Shown in pieces: positions 25,391 through 32,000 of a stretch of 32,000 nucleotides of DNA; the first letter of the stretch is position 1, and every line of letters starts with the position of its first letter. Below the pieces are notes generated by a model, which saw only the letters and a list, made by a program, of their open reading frames with translations, did not search any database and was not told where the DNA came from. Made by a program: the position numbers and the translations under genes. The stretch is from Zestosphaera tikiterensis (GTDB taxonomy: Archaea; Thermoproteota; Thermoprotei_A; Sulfolobales; NBVN01), in NCBI GenBank assembly GCA_003056265.1, contig NBVN01000001.1, forward strand, positions 1 through 32,000, written 5' to 3'.

Positions 25391-25463
25391 GAGAGATTCT
25401 TATATAAGGTAATGATCACTCACGACGAACTAAGTAGTTAATGTTTGATGTAGGAAAACTTCA

Positions 25464-26882
25464 TTAAGCTTGAATTAACTCCCTAGGGTTTTTAACTACT
25501 TTACTCGGATCTAACTCTTCAATGTGTGGATAACGTCCTTTACTCCACTGCCCTTTAATCATAGCGTCTAACGTTTTAGCGCTGAAGAGAGCTACTTCAG
25601 GATCGTTGATGTTGTAGTCGAGAACTACTAAATCTATGTTTGGATTGCTTAAGTCTAAATGCTCGAGTAAAGCTTTAAGCAGCTGCAAGTCTGCTTTAGG
25701 GTCATGCCATGGCTTCATAGTGGGTTTAAACGTTATCTTACCGTTTTCCTCAACCATTTCTTGACAGTAGGCTCCCGGCCTTGGCTTAGCGTTTACGTCA
25801 TTATCGATTATCGAGAAACCTCTTAACGGAAACACTATTAACGTCGGACCTTTCGCGTCGTTTAACCTCTCAGCCATTAACTTACCTACTTTATATAACT
25901 CTTCCGCAGTAGCCCTTATTAAAGTTACTAAACCTTTACTGTGTTCATACGCACACCTAGTCCTGAAGTGATGCGGTACTGTCTCAGGCGCCCAGAAGTT
26001 AATCATGTCCACAGCCCCGGGAAGAACTACCTGAGGTATTCCAAGCTCGGCAGCCGTTTTTAACCTAAGCTTACCGCCGTGACTCGCAATTAAAACGCCT
26101 CCAGCAACCTCATCAACTAGCTCGTGCGTGGTTACATCTAAAACGCCTGAAGCTACGCCTGACTCCAGCAGTCTCTCCATAACGTACCCGCCTGTAATCC
26201 CTAACGCGTGGAAGGGTATCAAATCATAACCTTGCTTGGTTAAGTAGTCTTTAGCCACTATTAAGTGCGGTGTTGTGTTGCCGAATTGAGAAGCTAATAT
26301 AGTTGGTTTCTTAGTTATCGAGTAGGGCTCCGGCGAAGACGCCTTAACCACCGCAGCTGCAACGCGGTTAAGCACTTCAGCCTCTATGGCGTTTACCTCC
26401 TCACCACCGGCTATGTCGCTTATAGACCAGAATGCCGTTACATCCGTGCCTGCTATGAGCTTTCCAGCCTCAGTTATTACCGTAGTGACCACGTACTTAG
26501 GCATGAAGAGAGGCAGTTCCTTCATTATCATAACACACAGCGATAAACCTGTAGAGCCGCCTAAGCCAACAACCCCGTCTAAAGCCCCACTACTCAACAT
26601 CTCCTTAAGTATCTTCACAGCTCCTTTAGCCATGACTTCCTGTGCTTTAGAGCGATCTAACGTGTGAACCTCCTCTAACGTATACCCAGCGGCTTTAGCT
26701 ATGACGTCATTACCTACGTCCGGCGTCCCTAACTTCGGCATGTATTTACGCATCGAAAGATCTATGAGTACTGCCTTACCTCCGTGGGCTTCTATCCTCT
26801 CCTTAAGGTAATAACCCTCACATTCTTTAGTGTCTAAAGTAGCTAACACAGCTATTACAGGTTTTTTAACCATCTTAATCAC
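25464..26882 (-). CDS. UPF0261 family protein (homologue of the Tm-1 N-terminal ATP-binding domain)
   Basis: VIAVLATLDTKECEGYYLKERIE..., GVVGLGGSTGLSL and GVLDVTTHELVDEVAGGV match the UPF0261 / Tm-1 N-terminal region. GTG 26882 directly abuts the upstream stop (TGAGTG). ATG 26873 is an alternative start. Confidence 0.88.
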   Translation of the reverse strand: MIKMVKKPVIAVLATLDTKECEGYYLKERIEAHGGKAVLIDLSMRKYMPKLGTPDVGNDVIAKAAGYTLEEVHTLDRSKAQEVMAKGAVKILKEMLSSGALDGVVGLGGSTGLSLCVMIMKELPLFMPKYVVTTVITEAGKLIAGTDVTAFWSISDIAGGEEVNAIEAEVLNRVAAAVVKASSPEPYSITKKPTILASQFGNTTPHLIVAKDYLTKQGYDLIPFHALGITGGYVMERLLESGVASGVLDVTTHELVDEVAGGVLIASHGGKLRLKTAAELGIPQVVLPGAVDMINFWAPETVPHHFRTRCAYEHSKGLVTLIRATAEELYKVGKLMAERLNDAKGPTLIVFPLRGFSIIDNDVNAKPRPGAYCQEMVEENGKITFKPTMKPWHDPKADLQLLKALLEHLDLSNPNIDLVVLDYNINDPEVALFSAKTLDAMIKGQWSKGRYPHIEELDPSKVVKNPRELIQA

Positions 26883-27773
26883 TCAAGCCTTAATCTTAAC
26901 GTTCTTAAACGCCTTGATTTGCTCAGCAACAGCTCTCTCAGTGGGTAATCTCTCGAACGTCGTAGCTCCGAAGAATCCATGAACTCCCTTAACCCTCTCC
27001 GCGATATACCTCCAGTCATCAAGATCTGCCACTGGTCCTCCGTGCACGAGAACTATTACATCCTGTTTATGGCTCCTAGCCAGGTCAGCCCACTCCTGAG
27101 CCTTCCTAGTGGCCTCCTCTAGCGTGATCGTTGTTCTCGCACCTATAGTGCCCTTAGCCGTGAGTCCGAAATGTAATACTAAGATGTCAGCACCGGCCTT
27201 CAACATATTAATAAGATCCTCCTCATCAAACACATAAGGTGTTGTGAGCATGTCGAGTTCATGAGCCATCTTTATTGCCTCAACCTCTTTATCGTAACCC
27301 ATCCCTGTTTCTTCGAGGTTCCTTCTGAATAGGGAGTTCTTATCGATAAGTCCAACAGTTGGGAAGTTCTGAATACCTGAGAATCCCATCTCCTTTAACT
27401 GTTGTAGGAACCTCCTCATCCTATAGCCTTGATAGAATGGATGTGTACCGGTAACTCCGGCGAGAACCGGTGTGTACTTAACAACACTCAGCACTTCAGG
27501 AGCTAACTCCAGGAGCACTTGGTGAGCATCACCGTAAGGCATGAGGCCCGCGAGCGATCCGAAGCCAGCCATCCTATACCTACCTGAGTTATAGATAATT
27601 ATTAAATCAGCTCCAGCTAATTCAGCAACCTTAGCTATAATCCCAACACCAGCACCAACACCTATTATCGGCTCACGATTGGATATCTTATTGTACATGT
27701 TTTCTAAGATTGTCTTTCTGGGGATATACTCGACCAAGATTAACACCTCAACTATACTATGTCTTAGTAGCAT
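26883..27773 (-). CDS. PEP-hydrolase-like TIM-barrel protein (PF09370-like; homologue of the Tm-1 C-terminal domain)
   Basis: PIIGVGAGVGIIAKVAELAGADLIIIYNSGRYRMAGFGSLAGLMPYGDA, GIQNFPTVGLID, NLEETGMGYDKEV and VLVHGGP closely parallel the Tm-1 C-terminal / mll9387-type family. Confidence 0.88.
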   Translation of the reverse strand: MLLRHSIVEVLILVEYIPRKTILENMYNKISNREPIIGVGAGVGIIAKVAELAGADLIIIYNSGRYRMAGFGSLAGLMPYGDAHQVLLELAPEVLSVVKYTPVLAGVTGTHPFYQGYRMRRFLQQLKEMGFSGIQNFPTVGLIDKNSLFRRNLEETGMGYDKEVEAIKMAHELDMLTTPYVFDEEDLINMLKAGADILVLHFGLTAKGTIGARTTITLEEATRKAQEWADLARSHKQDVIVLVHGGPVADLDDWRYIAERVKGVHGFFGATTFERLPTERAVAEQIKAFKNVKIKA

Positions 27774-27783
27774 ATAAAAATTT

Positions 27784-27815
27784 AAACCTCTTTAATGTAT
27801 AACTCATTGAGGTTA
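27784..27815. promoter_or_regulatory. Shared bidirectional promoter with a flanking inverted repeat (possible operator)
   Basis: The start codons 27773 (minus) and 27821 (plus) are 48 nt apart. A single A/T box TTTAATGTATAAC (27791-27803) is centred about 24 nt from both. It is bracketed by AACCTC (27785-27790) and GAGGTT (27810-27815). Confidence 0.4.
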
Positions 27816-27820
27816 ACTAT

Positions 27821-28384
27821 ATGTCTAAACCTTCTGAAGTTATTGTGCAGAGAGTACCTTTTTGGCTTGCTGTCGCTACAACAGTTCTCATCTCACTACC
27901 CTTCGGCACGTTACTAGGTAAGTACAACCTAGCTTTATGGGTGTCCTTCATAGCTTGGGCAGAGTACTTCGCGCTCGGAGCGAAGCCCTCAGCTTTAAAG
28001 CTTATATGGGTTCCATTTCCGTTAGGTGCGTTAACTATGGCTATATTCGCAACGATAAACAACTACTTCGTTGTCTATGCTGGATGGGACCCACTTACAT
28101 CGGTTGCTATATGGATTTTCATATGGGTTGCGATAGCAGTATACATAATGAGATTCCATCCACTCCTCCAACAGGGTAGCCTCCCATACTTTAATGGACT
28201 ATCAATGTTCTTAGCCCTCTACTTCGCAGGTGTACAGCCGGGGCAAGGTGCTGGCCCTCTAGTTGGCAATCCATTAATAGATCCATGGATATTGTGGCTG
28301 TGGTGTACGCTTGCAGGCATCTTCGGCGGTATTTTAGGATTGATAAACGTGGCATTGACCTTCCCCAAGAAGGTCAAAGAATAG
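27821..28384 (+). CDS. Integral membrane protein (DUF1097/YcdZ-like)
   Basis: 187 aa, about 5-6 TM helices. WVSFIAWAEYFALGAKPSALK resembles the YcdZ family (memory only). Confidence 0.65.
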   Translation: MSKPSEVIVQRVPFWLAVATTVLISLPFGTLLGKYNLALWVSFIAWAEYFALGAKPSALKLIWVPFPLGALTMAIFATINNYFVVYAGWDPLTSVAIWIFIWVAIAVYIMRFHPLLQQGSLPYFNGLSMFLALYFAGVQPGQGAGPLVGNPLIDPWILWLWCTLAGIFGGILGLINVALTFPKKVKE

Positions 28385-28410
28385 CTTAAACAAAACGTTA
28401 TCTAAACACT

Positions 28411-28417
28411 TCTTTTT
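28411..28417 (+). terminator. Oligo-T terminator candidate
   Basis: TCTTTTT lies about 27 nt after the stop at 28382-28384. Confidence 0.3.
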
Positions 28418-28441
28418 AATCTCTGTGCTTCAAGCCAAATA

Positions 28442-28451
28442 GATTTTAAAC
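28442..28451 (+). promoter_or_regulatory. TATA-like box for the comB-like gene
   Basis: GATTTTAAAC is centred about 28 nt upstream of GTG 28475. This fits a leaderless transcript starting at that GTG. Confidence 0.45.
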
Positions 28452-28577
28452 AACAAACAGCAGAGGATAAATTGGTGATCGAAAATCAAGGTTTATGCAG
28501 GGTTCTTCAAGAAGGCTCTAGCTGAACAGCCTGGAGACGCAGTAGTAGTTGTCGACGTACTCAGGTTTTCCACAACT

Positions 28578-29231
28578 GTGGCAACAGCTCTACATATAGG
28601 GATCAGGGAAGTCATTGTTAGAGAGGATCTATGTGACGCTTTGGAGGTTGCTCAAAGATTAGAAGCACCATTAATAGCTGAAGTCGATGGTTTTAAACCT
28701 GGTGAAGCAAATCTAGATAACTCGCCTACCGAGGTGATTCTGCTTCTGAGCAGAAGACCTCCTGAAAAAGTTGTTATAAGGAGTACCGCAGGTGCATCTA
28801 TACTTGCGGAGGCCGTGAAAAGAAAATGTAAAGAGATTATTGTCGGGGGCTTAGTTAATGCAGCAGCTATAGCTAGATACCTCTCCTCAATAAAACCCCA
28901 AAGCGTCAGCATCGTTATGGCGGGCTTTCGGGGAGAAATGTTTGCAGTTGAGGATCTTCTCGGTGCTGGTGCAATAGTAGCAGAACTACTGAAGATGGCA
29001 CCTAATAGCGACGGTGCTCAACTACTTACGGACGAAGCTTTAGTAGCCTACGAGCTATATATGGCTAACAGGCAACATCTAGTAGAACTCGTTAGCAGAA
29101 GCCGATCCGGCAGATTGCTAATAGAAACTGGAAGAATAAAAGATGTAGAATTCTGCTCAAAGGTGAATACTATTGATGTAGTTCCAAAAGTGAAGAACTA
29201 TGAAGAAGTCGTACTAACAAAACACCAGTGA
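28578..29231 (+). CDS. 2-phosphosulfolactate phosphatase (ComB) family protein; conserved N-terminal coding sequence extends upstream to 28479 (apparent frameshift at the 5' end)
   Basis: The ORF track starts at GTG 28578. The same frame upstream encodes KVYAGFFKKALAEQPGDAVVVVDVLRFSTT, which contains the family-defining VxDVLRxSTT motif, but it has no canonical start (see finding). Confidence 0.8.
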   Translation: MATALHIGIREVIVREDLCDALEVAQRLEAPLIAEVDGFKPGEANLDNSPTEVILLLSRRPPEKVVIRSTAGASILAEAVKRKCKEIIVGGLVNAAAIARYLSSIKPQSVSIVMAGFRGEMFAVEDLLGAGAIVAELLKMAPNSDGAQLLTDEALVAYELYMANRQHLVELVSRSRSGRLLIETGRIKDVEFCSKVNTIDVVPKVKNYEEVVLTKHQ

Positions 29232-29526
29232 AGGAAGTAAGGACACGTATGCTAAGCTGGTGGAGATGCTTAAAGTGGTTAAGTTCCTCACTTCTTAATT
29301 TCTTCTCCAACTTCCTTAACGTGTACGCTATGTACGCTAGAGCAGCTAAGCTTAACGCGTAGAGAACCCCTAACGTTATGAGGGATGCGGGTGCAGCTAA
29401 GGAACTTTCAGGGGATTTTGGCGTTAAGGGGGATATATACCTAATAAACTTTAGAGGTGATGAAGGCAAGTAGTTAAAAATAATTAGAAGCGACGATGAA
29501 GCCAGAACCCTAGTATGGGTTTGCAT
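29170..29526 (-). CDS. Doubtful small membrane protein ORF
   Basis: 118-aa ORF with one convincing TM helix (LITLGVLYALSLAALAYIAYTL) followed by RKLEKKLRSEEL. It is S/L-rich, overlaps the comB-like 3' end by 62 nt, and has no clear promoter. It is the only candidate in an otherwise empty 450-nt gap. Confidence 0.25.
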   Translation of the reverse strand: MQTHTRVLASSSLLIIFNYLPSSPLKFIRYISPLTPKSPESSLAAPASLITLGVLYALSLAALAYIAYTLRKLEKKLRSEELNHFKHLHQLSIRVLTSFTGVLLVRLLHSSSLLELHQ

Positions 29527-29655
29527 TTGGAGATCTTTTCGTAGAAGTTTCGAAGGATTTCCTCACGTGGGATTTACTGAACCATAAAGCACACCTTCAA
29601 TTTATATTGTTTATTTAAAGATAATAAAATGAAAGCCTTCGTTAGAGGTAAACGG

Positions 29656-29663
29656 TTTTAAAG
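29656..29663 (+). promoter_or_regulatory. TATA-like box for the cupin gene (leaderless)
   Basis: TTTTAAAG is centred about 24 nt upstream of GTG 29684. Confidence 0.45.
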
Positions 29664-29683
29664 TATGCTTAACATTTACTAAT

Positions 29684-30025
29684 GTGGTTAACATGCTCCT
29701 CAGGAAAGAAGACTTCGTGTGTAGTAAGCCAACGGAGAAGATCGAAAGATGTATATTAGCCGTTGGGGATAAGCTCATGTTGATAGTTAATACGTTAGAG
29801 CCTGGTGCTTTAGTTCCTTGGCATTCTCACCCGCATGAGCAGGTGAGTTATGTGTTCAAAGGTAGGTTGACGGTTAAGTCTCAAGAAGGTACGTATACGG
29901 TTAACGAGGGTGAGGTCCTCCTATTTAAGTCGAATGAACCGCATGAAGTTTTAAATCCAGGGCCTGAGGCGGCGGTAGTGTTTGAAGTTTTCTCACCGCC
30001 GCGTGAGGACTTCCTCAAGAAGTGA
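29684..30025 (+). CDS. Cupin-domain protein
   Basis: Cupin motif 1 is PWHSHPHEQVSYVFKG and motif 2 is GEVLLFKSNEPHEVLN. 113 aa. GTG 29684 or ATG 29693. Confidence 0.85.
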   Translation: MVNMLLRKEDFVCSKPTEKIERCILAVGDKLMLIVNTLEPGALVPWHSHPHEQVSYVFKGRLTVKSQEGTYTVNEGEVLLFKSNEPHEVLNPGPEAAVVFEVFSPPREDFLKK

Positions 30026-30034
30026 GTGTATGGT

Positions 30035-30664
30035 TTAAGGGCATTCAAAGTCTTCGAAGAGGTTTTTCTGTTCGTAAAGCAACATATACTCAGCGATTAA
30101 CTTTACGTAGTCCTTAGGCAGTACTAACTCCCCATGCTCGTTAAGCGGGAATGCGTAAGGCAACTCGATCTCAAGCTCCACGTCCTTACTTAACTTCTTA
30201 AGATGCTTAAGTCCTAATACATAAGGTATTTCACGAACCCTCCTTCCTTCCTCAACCTTCTTTACAACGTACGCTGCCCCAGCTATCGTGAATTGATGCG
30301 GCCCTATATTCCTTGAGATTGCGTTAGGCATGCGTGAGGTTACGTATTTCCACGTCCTTCTTTCAGGTGGGTGGGCACCCATTATACCACCTATAACCAC
30401 ATAATCTACGTCACTCAAGTCCTCAGGCTCGAGAACCTCCTCAGCTATAGGGTCTAAAACGATTGTTTTACTGTAACGCGCTAGGGATTCAGTAACTGAA
30501 TCGCTTACAACCTCACCTAACTTAGATAGTACTTCAGCATGTTTAGGTTTAACCACGTTAGTGAAAACAACCCTACCCTTGAAAACTTCCGAAACGTATG
30601 AATACTCCGTTAAAACCCAAGGGCTTAAGCAAGGCTCTAAATGCTCTACGACCACTTTAAACAA
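30035..30664 (-). CDS. SPOUT-class SAM-dependent methyltransferase, Sfm1/DUF431-like (PF04252-like)
   Basis: VVVEHLEPCLSPWVLTEYSYV and LDPIAEEVLEPEDLSDVDYVVIGGIMGAHPPERRT parallel the yeast Sfm1 family pattern (IIEHME...W...EY; DP...L.PED...Y.V.GGILGDHPPR.RT). TTG start. Confidence 0.72.
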   Translation of the reverse strand: MFKVVVEHLEPCLSPWVLTEYSYVSEVFKGRVVFTNVVKPKHAEVLSKLGEVVSDSVTESLARYSKTIVLDPIAEEVLEPEDLSDVDYVVIGGIMGAHPPERRTWKYVTSRMPNAISRNIGPHQFTIAGAAYVVKKVEEGRRVREIPYVLGLKHLKKLSKDVELEIELPYAFPLNEHGELVLPKDYVKLIAEYMLLYEQKNLFEDFECP

Positions 30665-30739
30665 TCGCTTACCACACCCCCAAACATTATTTTAAGTCTA
30701 CGTGTTAAAACGCTGTCGACGAAAATCTTATAAGCCTTC

Positions 30740-31654
30740 TTGCGTATATTGAGTGGGCATTTGAGTAAAGTATTTGAGGATGTGGACGTAGCCGTAGGTA
30801 AGTGCTCACACATTACTCACTCCCTCAACCATAGGGCTTCTATCAACACGTCGAGTGAGAGATTCCATAACTACCTGTTAAAACCTGCTGAGGTAGTAAG
30901 TAATAAAAGATTAAGTGAGGGTTTATGGCGTGTTGAGATGCGACCCATCTCGAGAGAGTGTCTTAATGATGTAAAACCGCTTCAATTCTTCATGGTTTGG
31001 ATACCCTCATCTGATGAAATACCGTTGAGCGTCTCCGACTTAACTGAAGACACTATATCATTCATATATAAAGTTAGAGGTTTAGGTACGAAAGCTCTTT
31101 CTGCGTTGAGGCCGGGAAGCTTCGTAGGTTTGAAAGGGCCTTTAGGTAACGGGTTTGAAGTTAGTTATGTAAGGCCTTCCAGCAAGGCTTTAATCGTTGC
31201 CGGGGGGTCTGGAATAGCTCCGGTGCCTTACCTAATTAAGAAGTTAGCCGTTGCTAACGTTCAGGCAGACGTTGTTTGGGGCGTTAAGAGCGATGCTGAG
31301 CTTTTTAACTTAAGGGAGGTCCTCCCGGATCTTGACGTGCGGGTTTTCACAGCTACTGAAGACTGTAGTGCGGGTTACTGTGGTTTAGCGTCGCAATTAG
31401 CTGTGGAGTTACTTAACGAGTACGTCTACAGCGTTTTAATAGCGATTGGTCCTAAACCTATTTTAAGGAGTTTATGTTCGGTAAGGCTTAGCGGGGGTCT
31501 AGAGTTTTACGTAGCTCTTGAGGCTGTGGTTAAGTGTGGGTTAGGTGCGTGTGGGTCTTGCGTTTTAGAACCTACGGATAAGTTGCTATGTGTTGACGGG
31601 CCTGTCTTCAGGTGTGGAGATATCAAAGAACATTTGATGAAGGGCGGTAATTAA
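30740..31654 (+). CDS. pyrK: Dihydroorotate dehydrogenase (class 1B) electron-transfer subunit PyrK; start uncertain
   Basis: FAD/NAD-binding fold (LIVAGGSGIAPV) and a C-terminal 2Fe-2S motif CGLGACGSCV...C. The stop overlaps the pyrD ATG by 1 nt (TAATG). Roughly the first 45 codons from TTG 30740 have no counterpart in typical PyrK proteins. Confidence 0.85.
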   Translation: MRILSGHLSKVFEDVDVAVGKCSHITHSLNHRASINTSSERFHNYLLKPAEVVSNKRLSEGLWRVEMRPISRECLNDVKPLQFFMVWIPSSDEIPLSVSDLTEDTISFIYKVRGLGTKALSALRPGSFVGLKGPLGNGFEVSYVRPSSKALIVAGGSGIAPVPYLIKKLAVANVQADVVWGVKSDAELFNLREVLPDLDVRVFTATEDCSAGYCGLASQLAVELLNEYVYSVLIAIGPKPILRSLCSVRLSGGLEFYVALEAVVKCGLGACGSCVLEPTDKLLCVDGPVFRCGDIKEHLMKGGN

Positions 31655-32000
31655 TGAGTGTGGGTGTAGATCTAACTACTTACGTTGCTGGGCTTAAGCT
31701 TAAACATCCTGTAATGAATTCCAGCGGTATTTTAGGGTCTACGCCGGAGCATGTGGAGAGGCTTTTTAAGTATGGCGTATCCGCGGTAGTCTCGAAAACT
31801 ATGACGAAGGGGTTTAGAGTAGGTCATGAACCACCTATAATAATCGCTTTAGAAGGTGAGGGTCTTTTAAACTCCGTAGGCTTAGCGAATCCAGGCATTT
31901 CAGGAATCCCACCTATAGTTCGTAAAGCTAAGGAGTTAAACATTCCCGTCATAGTTAGCGTTGGCGGGAGTGAAGTTCAGGAGTTTATAGATGTTGCTTC
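31654..32000 (+). CDS. pyrD: Dihydroorotate dehydrogenase catalytic subunit PyrD (5' part; continues past the right window edge)
   Basis: Not in the ORF track because no stop falls within the window. ATG 31654 gives MSVGVDLTTYVAGLKLKHPVMNSSGILGSTPEHVERLFKYGVSAVVSKTMT...LLNSVGLANPGI..., the typical PyrD N-terminus. Confidence 0.88.
   Translation, partial: MSVGVDLTTYVAGLKLKHPVMNSSGILGSTPEHVERLFKYGVSAVVSKTMTKGFRVGHEPPIIIALEGEGLLNSVGLANPGISGIPPIVRKAKELNIPVIVSVGGSEVQEFIDVA

Noticed and set aside
1-32000. Antisense or out-of-frame ORFs in the supplied track: 1645..1845, 3825..4328, 7414..7674, 8500..8781, 15364..15570, 16490..16708, 16817..17017, 18712..18969, 19429..19704, 20221..20451, 23166..23447, 23986..24219, 24852..25148, 26386..26667, 27817..28062, 27937..28179, 28652..28912
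   Set aside because: Each lies almost entirely inside a longer ORF with clear family motifs on the other strand or in another frame. Their translations are low-complexity (S/T/P/L-rich) with no recognisable domains. This is typical shadow-ORF behaviour.
1-32000. CRISPR array, rRNA genes, canonical tRNA genes
   Set aside because: I saw no regularly spaced 24-37-nt repeats, no rRNA-like conserved blocks and no tRNA cloverleaf with a T-loop consensus. The only repeat arrays are the short degenerate motifs reported above.

Overview
Compact, gene-dense archaeal chromosome segment. My guess is a hyperthermophilic crenarchaeon of the Thermoproteales type. The basis is A/T-rich TATA-like boxes about 25 nt upstream of many start codons (leaderless mRNAs), frequent GTG/TTG starts, 1-4 nt stop/start overlaps, and archaea-typical families such as Arch_ATPase/DUF234. 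All family names come from motif recognition by eye and memory; no search was run. Left third (1-9.8 kb, minus strand): a long, translationally coupled operon headed by a MoxR AAA+ ATPase. It encodes a DUF4350-like/multi-TM/DUF58 fusion, a DUF4129-tailed ectoprotein and several unassigned membrane or secreted proteins. An IS607-family element (serine-recombinase TnpA plus a TnpB RNA-guided-nuclease homologue) is inserted in it. Divergent from the operon is a 526-aa polytopic membrane protein whose motif layout resembles an exosortase/archaeosortase with the catalytic Cys replaced. The rest is mostly metabolic or housekeeping: Arch_ATPase, NifX-like protein, M20 peptidase, CN-hydrolase, secreted beta-propeller protein, YjbQ, class-III aminotransferase, SDR, CDF transporter, MscS, cupin, SPOUT methyltransferase and pyrK-pyrD. 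There is also a Tm-1-like two-gene module (PEP-hydrolase-like TIM barrel plus UPF0261) next to a ComB-like phosphatase. I found no rRNA, tRNA or CRISPR array. Recurrent oddity: three genes (tnpA, Arch_ATPase, comB-like) carry conserved N-terminal coding sequence upstream of their first canonical start codon. Two have ACG where Met is expected; the third has an upstream GTG one nucleotide out of frame at an A4 run. Two intergenic elements look non-random but unassigned: a GC-rich multi-hairpin block at 19440-19526 and a GAGTTCATC motif array at 22852-22997.
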